64,000 bases of DNA from Giardia intestinalis (taxonomy: Eukaryota), in assembly GCA_000002435.2 (NCBI GenBank), contig CM018792.1. One strand, given 5' to 3'. The notes under the pieces were generated by a model. It worked only from the letters and a program-made list of their open reading frames with translations, was not told the origin of the DNA and ran no database searches. Below, in pieces: positions 26,658 through 37,144 of this stretch (position 1 is its first letter; each line of letters begins with the position of its first letter). The position numbers were made by a program, and so were the translations under genes.

Positions 26658-28061
26658 ATGCTCCCCAAGACAGATGTTACAGGTACAAAAACGAAGCCCT
26701 TGAGACCTATGGACCCGGGGCTTCGATACATCCAAGTATCAGCTTTGCCCCTGAGCACACCGATTATTCATTGTGCGCGGCCATTTTCCGCTGATACTAA
26801 CAGACATCGCATGTCTCCTCTAGCCTTTCATTCCTACCGACATAGTACGCCTCCATCCTCGCGGCAAGTACTCAACATTTCTGCTCCAACGGCGTCTACA
26901 AAACCCGATTTACCATACTTTATAGATCCATGCATAGACCAATATGCCAATTTAGATTTGACAGAGCCGTCAAGCCCGCGCCCTTCAAGGACTCCGACTA
27001 CAAGTGAGGAGCCGATAAGATACAATACATATATCCCACACCCTCGGTTCAGAGGCCCTAATAAGCTAACTCATAACATCAGTGAACCCCGTGACCCTGT
27101 TTTAGGAGAGTCTGTACTTTTTAACGAGATTAGTTTGGAGCGAGCACGGATAAATCCGGTAGTCATAACTGGCACCTTTCCATTCAATGAAGATTTGACA
27201 GTTTCTCAGTCCCTGCCAACACGAATTCTATCTGCTTCCACCTCCACTGCAGCAGCCCCAAGTCCATATAAAAATTTAGCCACCGCGCGCTCTATACCCA
27301 TCATTACATTCCCAAAGAAGGAGAATAAGAGCGCCCACCTTGGTGCCTTTCTAGATGTGCCTTTGCTGACAGTAGAGGCAAGCATTTCTAAAGCTCCAAA
27401 CCCCAAGAGTTATATAGAGCAGGAGATGCTTGGCCTTAAACTAAGCCATACTCCAGATATTCTCCACAAGGAACCTATTAATGAAGTGATTCAACGACGA
27501 CGTACCCAACTGAAAAAGACCGTCATTGAGACAGTTAGTGACATGAGTCTACACAATGCAAAGTCGCCTCATCTTGATCATCTATCTATCAACAGCGTCA
27601 GCAGCCCACAAGAGCAATCCATAATCAAGGAGCAACGAGGGGGGATTCCATCACGCATCACAAACGACACTAGGAGGTATAGAAACGGGTATAGCAGTCA
27701 ACTATCGCACCGCTCGTTCGCAACAGCTACAGATATATATAGTTCTGAGAGTCTTGCACCAGAAATATCGGTGGATTCGCCACTAACTAAAAACCACATC
27801 GATACAGAGGATGATATTAAAATATTCACCACTCGTGCTTCTCCGATTAATGATGAGCTTTCCGGATGTGTAATTGACCAGAAGCAAGTGTCGAGTTCTT
27901 ATGAACCAAGTAGCGACACACGGCCAAAAACATCTCCAAACATCTGCTGTTTATCTGTCAAGCCATTAACTCAAACAAGTAACATTGATAAATCGCAACG
28001 AGAATTGTCTAGTATGCTAGAATTATTAGATAATCGCATGTATCCGCAAAAAAGGCAGTGA
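26658..28061 (+). CDS. hypothetical Ser/Pro/Thr-rich low-complexity protein
   Basis: The track start at 26622 is TTG. The first ATG is at 26658. Long open frame. No motif. Confidence 0.4.
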   Translation: MLPKTDVTGTKTKPLRPMDPGLRYIQVSALPLSTPIIHCARPFSADTNRHRMSPLAFHSYRHSTPPSSRQVLNISAPTASTKPDLPYFIDPCIDQYANLDLTEPSSPRPSRTPTTSEEPIRYNTYIPHPRFRGPNKLTHNISEPRDPVLGESVLFNEISLERARINPVVITGTFPFNEDLTVSQSLPTRILSASTSTAAAPSPYKNLATARSIPIITFPKKENKSAHLGAFLDVPLLTVEASISKAPNPKSYIEQEMLGLKLSHTPDILHKEPINEVIQRRRTQLKKTVIETVSDMSLHNAKSPHLDHLSINSVSSPQEQSIIKEQRGGIPSRITNDTRRYRNGYSSQLSHRSFATATDIYSSESLAPEISVDSPLTKNHIDTEDDIKIFTTRASPINDELSGCVIDQKQVSSSYEPSSDTRPKTSPNICCLSVKPLTQTSNIDKSQRELSSMLELLDNRMYPQKRQ

Positions 28062-28072
28062 GCTTGTCTTCG

Positions 28073-31000
28073 CTAGGGATACTGCTCTGTTGGTGTAAGA
28101 ATATACTGTTGGAGTATTTGAATTATGCGGTTTTTGCAAGTAGGATCCACACTCTTATGACAATTGATCGCCCAGTCTAATGCAGTTAGACCGTTTTTAT
28201 CCACGAGGCTGTGTTCCCTTGGAGCAAGGAGACTAACACACATACCGTACCCATAATAAGCTGCGTACATTAATGCCGTTACGCGGGAGCCGACCAGCCC
28301 TGCAGTCTCTACACACATACCGCCTTCTAATTCAATGAGGGCCTCGACAATCATTGGATGGTTGGCTCTTGTTGCAAGCATCAGGGCAGTATGATGCTCC
28401 TGATTCCGCATTCGTGCCTCTGCTCCCTTTAGCATGTTGACTGCATCTACCTTGTTGTTCACCGCAGCCAACATAAGTGCTGTAGCTCCTTGAGTATTTG
28501 TTATTTTCTTTTCGATGTCTAGTAGGATTCTTATCGTATCTGCATGACCCCTCTCAGCTGCATACATTAGAGCAGTGCACCCACTCATGTCTCGCAATCC
28601 GCCTTGTACATGTCTAAAGCAATATACCCGAACTATATCATTGCGCATTGCAGCTTCCATTAGTTCAGTTTTTCTGCCACCAATCCGGACTAATTCTTCT
28701 GACGAGTATCCTTCGTATGGAATAAGCATGTCTGCAATAGCATAGTTCTGTGCAGAAATGGCAATATCAATTGCTCTTCGCCCATCTGCACGACTCAGTC
28801 CAGCTTCACACTGGATCAGAAGACGCGCAAACTCTGGCTCATTATGCTCAGCTGCAAGCATTAAAGCCGTGACTCCATTCTCCATTGCTTCTCCAGCTAA
28901 GCTTAGGTTAGCATAAAATTTCTCTCGGTCACCGTTCACAACCGATGTCATGAGATCTGTAGGCACATTAGATGCATACACCATCGACTTGGTTAGCTTC
29001 TCCGACAAGATAGATTCCAATTTGCTCGGAGAAGTGGATACTATTGGCATAGTTGGAAGAGAGCTTATCTGATGATCAAAAGAATTTCTACCAACAGGTT
29101 GATAACTACGTGGTATCTGAACAGACTTGACTCCTCTCTCTCTACCACTCCCGCTTGATTGCTTGGCTGAATAGTGTCCACGCTGTACTAGTGGACTAGG
29201 GGATCCATCAAGAGAAGGGCTACGCCAAGCTGATGCAACTGTGTGGCTTCTATGTACGTCGCCTTGATTGCCGTCGAGGTTTTCAACTGGTAGAGATATC
29301 AGATCAGACATGTTCAGAGATTCTTGCGTAAGCTGCGCAGATCTAGTGACATGTGAACGCGCAAAGGGGTTTATAACTGGTGGTCTGTGAGTTGAATTAA
29401 TAGTAGACTGGAAGGTTCTATAAGCACGACATGTATTTAGTTCTTTTTCCACCAGCTGATGCTTTAGTTCCAGTTGGGTATAAGCAGCACGTATGGATTC
29501 GTATTTATGTAGTAGTACTTTATATTTATTGGCAATATTTTCTTGCTCTATTCTATAACTGCGTTCCACGGATCCATATGAAATCAGGGATCGCTTGATA
29601 CTCTGCATCTGAGACTCTAGAGCTCTATTCTTCTTTTGTAACAGACTCACTTCTGCATTTGCCGTCTTCATCGTGCGCTCTTCTGATAGAGTACTTTCTA
29701 GTGCGGCAATTCTCTCCTGGTAACCAGCAAGCTCTCCCATCATTCTTTTGTTGCTTTCTTCTGCGTTTGCTAGCTTTTGCATTAGTACATTTTGCTCCAT
29801 CTCCATGGCTACGTACTTTGGCTCGGATTCCATGGCTTTTTTGAGATTTTGTGCTAACAAGGCATTGGAAGACTTCAGCTTGCTTAGCTCATATTCCATA
29901 ACGCGGACACTTGTCTCTAATACACCATCAGCGGCCGCGTCACGTGTGGAATGTTCTAAATTAGATAATTGTTCCTTCAATGCGGCATTTCTCTGCGACG
30001 ATTCTGCTAGGCGAGTAGTAAGCTCTTCTATTGTGGCCTTAGATATATTGAGATTTTCCATCAAGTTATCTTCTATGCAATCATGCACCTGTACCCCAGT
30101 ATTGACATAGGTGATAGAGGTTAATGCATCATCTAGGTTATATTGTGTTGTGACATCTCTTCCTGGTGTGTCTGCCTTTTTCTCTAACATAGAAATCTTA
30201 TTCTGCTTTTCTCGCAGCCGTTCCTCTAACATAGCAATTTGTACGTCCTTTTCAACGCCTGTGTCATCGCCTACGTATTTTGTGCGTTCCATAATAGTTA
30301 GTAGGTCTTCAACATTGTTAATACTCAGCTCTTCATCTCCCATGGAAATTACATTGTTAGACACACTCTCATCAGTACCCTCTGTGATGGCAGCTATCTT
30401 GGCCCGAAGGGCTACTCTAAGAACGTAAATTTCCCTTTTCTGATCTTCGATTGTGGACAGTGAGAGCTGCAGCTTTTCACGCATTTCGGCCTTGATTCGT
30501 TGGAAGTCCGACAGGTGCTGTTGCATCGTTTCTATAAGATTCTTCTCCTCAGTCTGCTTACTCTTTAGCTCACTGTTTTGGAGCTGTAGTTTGTCAACTA
30601 AATCTGACGTGGACGTGCTTGCTATTATCTTTACCAAAGAAGGAGCTCTATCAGGCTTAGGCAAGGGGGCAGACGTCTGGACTTGTAACTTAACGGATGT
30701 ATCTGTGATTGGAGGAGATATTGTGTCCAATTGTGGGGTCAAATTGTCAGAAAAAATATCAAAAGAGTCTACAGAAGAGTGAGTGTCTGATGCCTCTGGA
30801 TTAGGTGATTCATTAGTCACCGTAAAGATATGTCCGTTACTATTTTTCTTAATGTATTCTGGCAGTGCTTCACCAAAATGTCGAACAACAAGCTCTTCAA
30901 ATTCAGCTAAGTTTTGTCGCTTGACAAAAAGGGAAGCTTTGTTTAAGGATTGCCAACTGTATGTAAATTTGCTCATAAGTATCCTTACGGCTTTAAAATG

Positions 31001-31414
31001 ACCTCGTGTTAGAGCTAACTCAAGGGCTGTCTTTCCATCTGCACCACGTACGTCCTCCATGTATTCATTTTCAAGTAAAAAGCGAAGGCAGCGGGGCGCA
31101 TTATAGGTAATCGATAGAGTTGTAAGGCTTTGGCCTTTAGAAGATAGTTTCTGTTCTAAAGGATACAGGTGAACGAAAATATCTATGTAGTCATTTTTCA
31201 AGGAGGCAACCAAGGCCGTCATGCCGTCATTAGAGATAAGTCCTACCTCGTCTGGAAGAAGTAACTCTAGAATTTCTGAGTGTCCCGCCCTGGCCGCATA
31301 CATCAGTGCCGTTCTACCCCATCTATCAACTGTCTTCCTGAACTTGTTCCGATTAAGTCGTATAAATTCTGTGTCGCCTGAGTATGCTGCTTCGAACCAC
31401 GCAAGTTTGTCCAT
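28073..31414 (-). CDS. ankyrin-repeat / coiled-coil protein ('protein 21.1'-like)
   Basis: Ankyrin repeats at both ends (TALMYAARAGHSEILELLL, TALMLAAVNNKVDAVNML and others) flank a long heptad coiled coil. The track start at 31423 is TTG. ATG at 31414. Confidence 0.8.
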   Translation of the reverse strand: MDKLAWFEAAYSGDTEFIRLNRNKFRKTVDRWGRTALMYAARAGHSEILELLLPDEVGLISNDGMTALVASLKNDYIDIFVHLYPLEQKLSSKGQSLTTLSITYNAPRCLRFLLENEYMEDVRGADGKTALELALTRGHFKAVRILMSKFTYSWQSLNKASLFVKRQNLAEFEELVVRHFGEALPEYIKKNSNGHIFTVTNESPNPEASDTHSSVDSFDIFSDNLTPQLDTISPPITDTSVKLQVQTSAPLPKPDRAPSLVKIIASTSTSDLVDKLQLQNSELKSKQTEEKNLIETMQQHLSDFQRIKAEMREKLQLSLSTIEDQKREIYVLRVALRAKIAAITEGTDESVSNNVISMGDEELSINNVEDLLTIMERTKYVGDDTGVEKDVQIAMLEERLREKQNKISMLEKKADTPGRDVTTQYNLDDALTSITYVNTGVQVHDCIEDNLMENLNISKATIEELTTRLAESSQRNAALKEQLSNLEHSTRDAAADGVLETSVRVMEYELSKLKSSNALLAQNLKKAMESEPKYVAMEMEQNVLMQKLANAEESNKRMMGELAGYQERIAALESTLSEERTMKTANAEVSLLQKKNRALESQMQSIKRSLISYGSVERSYRIEQENIANKYKVLLHKYESIRAAYTQLELKHQLVEKELNTCRAYRTFQSTINSTHRPPVINPFARSHVTRSAQLTQESLNMSDLISLPVENLDGNQGDVHRSHTVASAWRSPSLDGSPSPLVQRGHYSAKQSSGSGRERGVKSVQIPRSYQPVGRNSFDHQISSLPTMPIVSTSPSKLESILSEKLTKSMVYASNVPTDLMTSVVNGDREKFYANLSLAGEAMENGVTALMLAAEHNEPEFARLLIQCEAGLSRADGRRAIDIAISAQNYAIADMLIPYEGYSSEELVRIGGRKTELMEAAMRNDIVRVYCFRHVQGGLRDMSGCTALMYAAERGHADTIRILLDIEKKITNTQGATALMLAAVNNKVDAVNMLKGAEARMRNQEHHTALMLATRANHPMIVEALIELEGGMCVETAGLVGSRVTALMYAAYYGYGMCVSLLAPREHSLVDKNGLTALDWAINCHKSVDPTCKNRIIQILQQYILTPTEQYP

Positions 31415-31470
31415 GGGCTCCAAGAGGACGATAAGGTTATCAAGCCAATGTGTAGAATTTATTCCTCATC

Positions 31471-34400
31471 TCATTTGTCTCCTTTGGACGGAAGAAGAAG
31501 GTCCAGATAGTCGTCTCTCGTCATACGTCGCACATTAGTCTTGCTAGGCTGGTTATCATAGGCATCCACATGCACCAGATTTCCGAATTCATCACGTCTC
31601 TGTCCTCGAAGGACCAACTCTTGGACAATCTCCTTGCTTCTTGCTTTTTCCAATATCTTCTCGTCAATGCTGCCTTCTGTGACAAGCCGATAGATAACGA
31701 CTGACTTCTTCTGACCTAAACGATGAACCCGGTCCATTGCCTGGGCATCTTGTGTGGGGTTCCAATCATTTTCATAGAAGATAACAGTGCTTGCCCTTGT
31801 CAAGTTAAGACCTAAAGATGCTGCCCTTGTGCTCAGTAGGAAAACAAAGATGGTGTCATCCGTCATAAAGCGCTCTACAATCTGCCCTCGCTTATTTACC
31901 GCATCACCTCCGTCCAAGCGCACGTAGTTGTAGCGCCTGAAAACTAGGTAGTCCTCTAGAAGATCAAGCATTTTGGTCATCTGACAATAGATCAAAACAG
32001 GCTCACGCGTCTTGTACAGGTTGTGCAGAAGTTTATCGAGGGCTGTCAGTTTTCCTGAGTCCTTTATTAGACGGAGAACAGACTTAGAATAAACGGGGCA
32101 GTTTAGCAAAGAGTTGCTTACGTACTTTTGATCATATAGCTTAAGAGGAAGGTAGGACTGAGGTGTAATTAGAGATCCCATAAACGTGCTTTCTCGATAA
32201 AGCTCCTCGCCTCGCAGGAGAGCCTGTACGTCGTGAGTATGCATCGGTTTAAAGATAGTCGGGATATGGACCTGAGGTTGCAGCCCAAAGACCTTAGGTG
32301 CTATAGCATCATAGACCAACAAATGATTGAGATGTTGGCTTTCTAGAAAATCGTTTGCCGCCTTTATCAGCCAATGCTGCTTGAACTGATGCAGCGCCAG
32401 GAGATCCCTCTGAGTATACCTTACATGATATTCTTTAGAAAGTGTATTAGTGAAAACACAGCTAGTCTTTTCGATGGCAAAGTGCTCAGCTGAGGTGTCT
32501 GATTGGCCGTTTTCAAGGGCATCAGAAACCAAGAGATGAGACATTGGAGAAACTATTAAAAGACTGGAAGGATTAACCAAGATGGATGGCAGCGTTGATG
32601 AGAAAGTACTAGAAAGAATCGATCTATCAAAAGACATGAGCTGGCTTCCAATTAGACTATACAGATGTAACACTATAGAAAACCTTGTTTCATACTTCGT
32701 GTCGAAGGGGAAATGTGCTATCATCGGGAATAGAGCTGGCCATGCTGCATTGTGTGCAATAAGCAAAGGACAATATGCTAAGAACCCCAAATCCTGAACC
32801 GAAAGGGCTAAAAATCTCGAAATTGTCCGCAAAACAGGTACATCAGTATTCCAAATGTTAAAGTATTTTGCTATGGTACACTCTAGGATCTTTTGAGCGA
32901 GGTCACTACAGAATCCAAGGAGAACAGGTGAGGGAAGGGAAAGTTCTATGTCACTACATGCGTTCGATGGGTTGATGCGACGTCCAATATAATTGGCGCG
33001 TGCTATATCTGGTATTCCTATCTTGACAAAGATATCTGTAAACGCCTCTACATCGCTCTGCGCAGTACGCTTGAAAATTAAATCTCTACGCGCATTAAGC
33101 AGCTTACTATTTCCTAAAGAATCGTCTGCTCCTGTAGCTACTAGTGAAGACTGGGAATCAACTGTGGATATCTGGTCTCCATCAAGTTGGAACACTCCAG
33201 GAAGATCACTCAACCCAGAAATAAGTGGCATACTAGAAGTCGTAGGAAGCACAGCATCTTGGGCAGCAGGTCCATTGTGAATAGAAGATAGTGATGACAC
33301 CCCGGCCAGACCAGAGGTCTGACTGGATGTAGATACACGACGCAAGTTTTTCTGCTGCTTCTGGCCAGCTGCCACCAAGCCTGTTGCTGAGGTCACAGTT
33401 GATAGTCTGTCATCGTCATCATCAGGGTCTCCCTCCATGTCAGCCTTCATAACCTCTAAGTACTTTGTTCCTTGGCACCATCTAGACTGTGAGATGAAGA
33501 AATAAAGCATAAACGGACCCACGGAACTAGTGTGTTCAAAGAGATCTGGATGGCAGCATATTTTTCTCAATTGCATGACAATATTTCTAATGTCTGCGTC
33601 ATCTTTAGAGCTGCGCATGGTATCTAGGGAAAACTGCTGCTGAACAGTCTTGTACAACCGTGCCTGATGATAGCTCATTGAGCACTTGATAATTATTTCT
33701 TTCTTTGATCCCAGATCCTTCTCTACATCTCCTTTTACACGGCGTAAAACAAAGGGTGCAAGGATTCCCTGAAGGCGGCGAAGTTGGTCTGCATTTAACT
33801 TGACTGCACCAAGCCTACTAGCTGCAGACTCAATATCTTTACTAAACCACTCTGCAAAGTCATCCTTCCGCTCGAAAAGCTCTGGCATGACAAAGTGCAA
33901 TAAAGCCCAGAGCTCTTCGAGTGAGTTCTGAATAGGCGTACCACTCAGCAACACCTTGCAGCGCGACTTGTACTTCATGATAGTCCTCCAACGTTGCGTT
34001 CCACTGGACTTAATAAGCTGGGCTTCGTCCAGCACTATTGTCTTCCACGGTATCGCTGCAAGGGTCTTTATGTCAGACACTGCTATCTGATATGAAGTTA
34101 TAACAACATGTAAGATTGAGTCGGATTTCCCCAGGACACTTTCGTTCTTTTCCATGGCAGTATCTATGTTGTGGCCAAAGTTCAGAGTCGTGGCCCATCC
34201 ACGTTTGATGAGCATCCTTTCCCGCTGGGTTCCCCAATACGGCCACAAAAGTAAACTAGGCACAAACTTCTTAAGCTCCTTTATCCAGTTTATCAGAAGA
34301 GAGTTGGGTGCTATGATTAGGAACGGGCCATGATAATGATACTTTTCGACCAGATGTTGAAAAAATGCAATTGTTTGGACAGATTTTCCCAGCCCCATTT

Positions 34401-37050
34401 CATCTGATAGAATGGAATTTAGTTCCAGTTCAAACCGATTGACAAGCCATGAGAAACCGATAATTTGGTATTTCTTAAGCTTGCCAATAAACTTCGTCGG
34501 CTGCTTCTTTAAGTCAATATTGAGCCCGCTTATGTTTAGAGTCCTTGGATTATCCTTTGCCTTTGAAAGCGCCTCTTCTTCGTCAGTGTACTCGTTCTCA
34601 AGGTCTTCTCGTAGAATCTTTAGTTTAAACAAATCGGTGCTATCCAGGTTTGCCTTTTCCGCTCCTGTGTTCACCAGAGTCACCCCTGTTTTAGATTTTA
34701 TATTATCAAATGTGTATTGTTCGGTCTGCCTTATCAAAAAGTCAAGCCTCTCTCTTTGATGCTTCTCCTGTAGTTGCTCTGCTCTTTTAGACTCTAGCTT
34801 AACTCGAATTTTAGAGTCTCTGTTGTAAGCGTCGCGTCCCTCTCTCAGTAGCCTCTTATACGTTGATATTTGGTCTTTTACTACGCGACGGATTCTGGCT
34901 AACTCTGCGCCAGGCGCGAATGCTTGTTTGTTACTACGAAGACGCTTCATCATGTGCTTTGTGGCATAGGAAATCAACCTGTTCTGGATTGTTGTTGCTG
35001 TTATCACATGTGGTGGTAGAAAAGCCTTGTTTCGCTGTAATCGTTCTTCAAATGAATAATTTGTATAGTCGAAGAGGGTTACCGCACTATCGATATATTC
35101 GTCTGTATGATTGTATAGCGTCTTAAACTCAGTGGTGCTACCAATTGCTAGTTGACTGAGCGAATTGATCGTGAGTATCCCCCCGTCGGTAGTACCTGGA
35201 TTTAGACCTAAGGCACTCCCTTGATGGAGGGCGTCTGTCAGAGCCCAGGCTGCGGAGTGACTATTGCCTATATCCTTAAGATCGGAGGACTGGTCATGGC
35301 TGCGAGATCTCTTTTGAACGTCTGGTACCGTTCGTCGCTTTGTCCGTGATGATTTCAGGGATGTGTCATGGTGGCGAAGGGTAGAAACACGAAGCGGCTT
35401 AAGAGGAATCGAGCGTTGAAGAAAGGTACTGTTACTAAGTGCTTCCTTGGTACAATAAGATGATAGTTGTGGGTCGTAGTGAAACTCCTTCCCTGTATTA
35501 CTTATCAGAGACGACGGTGTTTCAGTAAGCAATGGATACAGACAAGCATGTGGGGTGATACTGTGTAATCCATAGTCTTCATACCAAGAAAGGCTACCAC
35601 GACAGAACTGCACCCAAGAGGGATATGGAAGGGCACTTATATTTTGTGAATAGCGCTCTTTGGCATCTATGTAAAGAAGTCGTTGGGAAAATCCACCATA
35701 GTTCTTAAGATTAGTGCCCAGCTTCTTGCACAAAGTAAGAGTAAGAAGCAAGGATTCTTCATTGGTCATGACCTCAAGTGTACTAAGAACAGATGAATCA
35801 AGTGCAGTAAGACCAACAGCTACATTGGTCTGTAAAATTTGTGACTGAATGGATGTGTCACTGAGAAGAAAAAGCAGCGCGTTGTACGATGTGAATACTT
35901 GGCTAAAGTTCTCAAGCAAAGGCAAATGAAGGAATTGCATAGATGTGAGCATGTCTTGATCTTCATGTTCAATGGCAGGTGATTGGAAAAAAGAAATAGA
36001 GTGCAAAGTATAAAGATTGCTGAAGTCAGAGACCCTCTCAAATAAGAGCTGGGCTAACCCAATATATGAGGTAAAGAAGAGAGAAAGGAAGCAAAGATAG
36101 ATATTTGCCGAAAACTGGGAAGACTGGAAGGTCGACGGAACTAACAGAAGATATGCTTGGGGCCGGTCAGTAAGGACCTGCAGAGACCAGAATTCATTGG
36201 CTGATAATGTTGCTGCAGTGCTAGTTCTAAAACAAGGAGGAGTGCTGCTATCAAGACCAAAGGAACGTGTCAGCATGGAGCTTGCATGCTTGATACATTG
36301 AAACAACAATCTGTGGATGTCAACAAAAATTGTGCTGGTATCACGAGGAACTTTAGAGACTAAATTTGAGGGCAGTGACAGAATATCTGCTATACTTACC
36401 TCTGTATATGGTTCTGCACGGTTTGAGGAAAGGTAGAATATACTCCAATCAATACAGCATGGTCTTTGTAGCAAGTTATCAAACGAATATGTTGGGGTAG
36501 GAAGTACTGGAGCGGTACCCACGGGAGCGTCCATGACGTCCAAGGATGTATGTACACATGTCAGTAGAAACTTCTCTGTGTCGTCGTTAATTGGAGGAAA
36601 AGGATCTTCCATGGGAGCAAGTGCGCGTTCTCCTTGTAGATATTCGCATATTTCAAAGGTACACGAGGAGATAACATCTGCAGAAAGATTCTCGCAATCA
36701 TATGGTCTCGAGAGAGGAGGCATCGAAAGACGGCCGTAGTGATCAAGAGCTTCCAACTGTATGCGAGATAGGAGCTCTCTCTGCTGGATAGCAATCGAGT
36801 GGTAAAGCTCAGTCCAAGTATCTCGATCATAAAAGAGTTGCTGAATGTCCTTAGCTTCCTGCGGTTTCTCTGGAGCAGGGCATGCGGACGTTTCGTTGGA
36901 AGGCGCGTGTGATGCAGCATACGCCAAAGAAGGCCCAACCCGCTGCGGGAGAACATACATTTGATAAAGGTGCTGTGCAAGCTCTCTAGGGGACAGTGCA
37001 GATGTACCACAAGACTGCGGGGCCACCGAGCTCCTGGAAAGTGGGTCCAT
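31471..37050 (-). CDS. SNF2-family chromatin-remodelling ATPase with split ATPase domain (INO80/SWR1-like)
   Basis: SDEMGLGKSVQTIAF (motif I), VLDEAQLIK (DEAQ box), then an insertion of several hundred residues before the helicase-C block LDGGDAVNKRGQIVERF...NDWNPTQDAQAMDRVHRLGQ. ATG at 37050 verified. Confidence 0.85.
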   Translation of the reverse strand: MDPLSRSSVAPQSCGTSALSPRELAQHLYQMYVLPQRVGPSLAYAASHAPSNETSACPAPEKPQEAKDIQQLFYDRDTWTELYHSIAIQQRELLSRIQLEALDHYGRLSMPPLSRPYDCENLSADVISSCTFEICEYLQGERALAPMEDPFPPINDDTEKFLLTCVHTSLDVMDAPVGTAPVLPTPTYSFDNLLQRPCCIDWSIFYLSSNRAEPYTEVSIADILSLPSNLVSKVPRDTSTIFVDIHRLLFQCIKHASSMLTRSFGLDSSTPPCFRTSTAATLSANEFWSLQVLTDRPQAYLLLVPSTFQSSQFSANIYLCFLSLFFTSYIGLAQLLFERVSDFSNLYTLHSISFFQSPAIEHEDQDMLTSMQFLHLPLLENFSQVFTSYNALLFLLSDTSIQSQILQTNVAVGLTALDSSVLSTLEVMTNEESLLLTLTLCKKLGTNLKNYGGFSQRLLYIDAKERYSQNISALPYPSWVQFCRGSLSWYEDYGLHSITPHACLYPLLTETPSSLISNTGKEFHYDPQLSSYCTKEALSNSTFLQRSIPLKPLRVSTLRHHDTSLKSSRTKRRTVPDVQKRSRSHDQSSDLKDIGNSHSAAWALTDALHQGSALGLNPGTTDGGILTINSLSQLAIGSTTEFKTLYNHTDEYIDSAVTLFDYTNYSFEERLQRNKAFLPPHVITATTIQNRLISYATKHMMKRLRSNKQAFAPGAELARIRRVVKDQISTYKRLLREGRDAYNRDSKIRVKLESKRAEQLQEKHQRERLDFLIRQTEQYTFDNIKSKTGVTLVNTGAEKANLDSTDLFKLKILREDLENEYTDEEEALSKAKDNPRTLNISGLNIDLKKQPTKFIGKLKKYQIIGFSWLVNRFELELNSILSDEMGLGKSVQTIAFFQHLVEKYHYHGPFLIIAPNSLLINWIKELKKFVPSLLLWPYWGTQRERMLIKRGWATTLNFGHNIDTAMEKNESVLGKSDSILHVVITSYQIAVSDIKTLAAIPWKTIVLDEAQLIKSSGTQRWRTIMKYKSRCKVLLSGTPIQNSLEELWALLHFVMPELFERKDDFAEWFSKDIESAASRLGAVKLNADQLRRLQGILAPFVLRRVKGDVEKDLGSKKEIIIKCSMSYHQARLYKTVQQQFSLDTMRSSKDDADIRNIVMQLRKICCHPDLFEHTSSVGPFMLYFFISQSRWCQGTKYLEVMKADMEGDPDDDDDRLSTVTSATGLVAAGQKQQKNLRRVSTSSQTSGLAGVSSLSSIHNGPAAQDAVLPTTSSMPLISGLSDLPGVFQLDGDQISTVDSQSSLVATGADDSLGNSKLLNARRDLIFKRTAQSDVEAFTDIFVKIGIPDIARANYIGRRINPSNACSDIELSLPSPVLLGFCSDLAQKILECTIAKYFNIWNTDVPVLRTISRFLALSVQDLGFLAYCPLLIAHNAAWPALFPMIAHFPFDTKYETRFSIVLHLYSLIGSQLMSFDRSILSSTFSSTLPSILVNPSSLLIVSPMSHLLVSDALENGQSDTSAEHFAIEKTSCVFTNTLSKEYHVRYTQRDLLALHQFKQHWLIKAANDFLESQHLNHLLVYDAIAPKVFGLQPQVHIPTIFKPMHTHDVQALLRGEELYRESTFMGSLITPQSYLPLKLYDQKYVSNSLLNCPVYSKSVLRLIKDSGKLTALDKLLHNLYKTREPVLIYCQMTKMLDLLEDYLVFRRYNYVRLDGGDAVNKRGQIVERFMTDDTIFVFLLSTRAASLGLNLTRASTVIFYENDWNPTQDAQAMDRVHRLGQKKSVVIYRLVTEGSIDEKILEKARSKEIVQELVLRGQRRDEFGNLVHVDAYDNQPSKTNVRRMTRDDYLDLLLPSKGDK

Positions 37051-37144
37051 ACAAGGGGGAAGATCCGTTAACGATCAGCTTTTCCAGATAAAAATCAAAA
37101 TAGAATGTACTCCAGTGATAGCTCCCTCTAAGCACTAAAACCCG

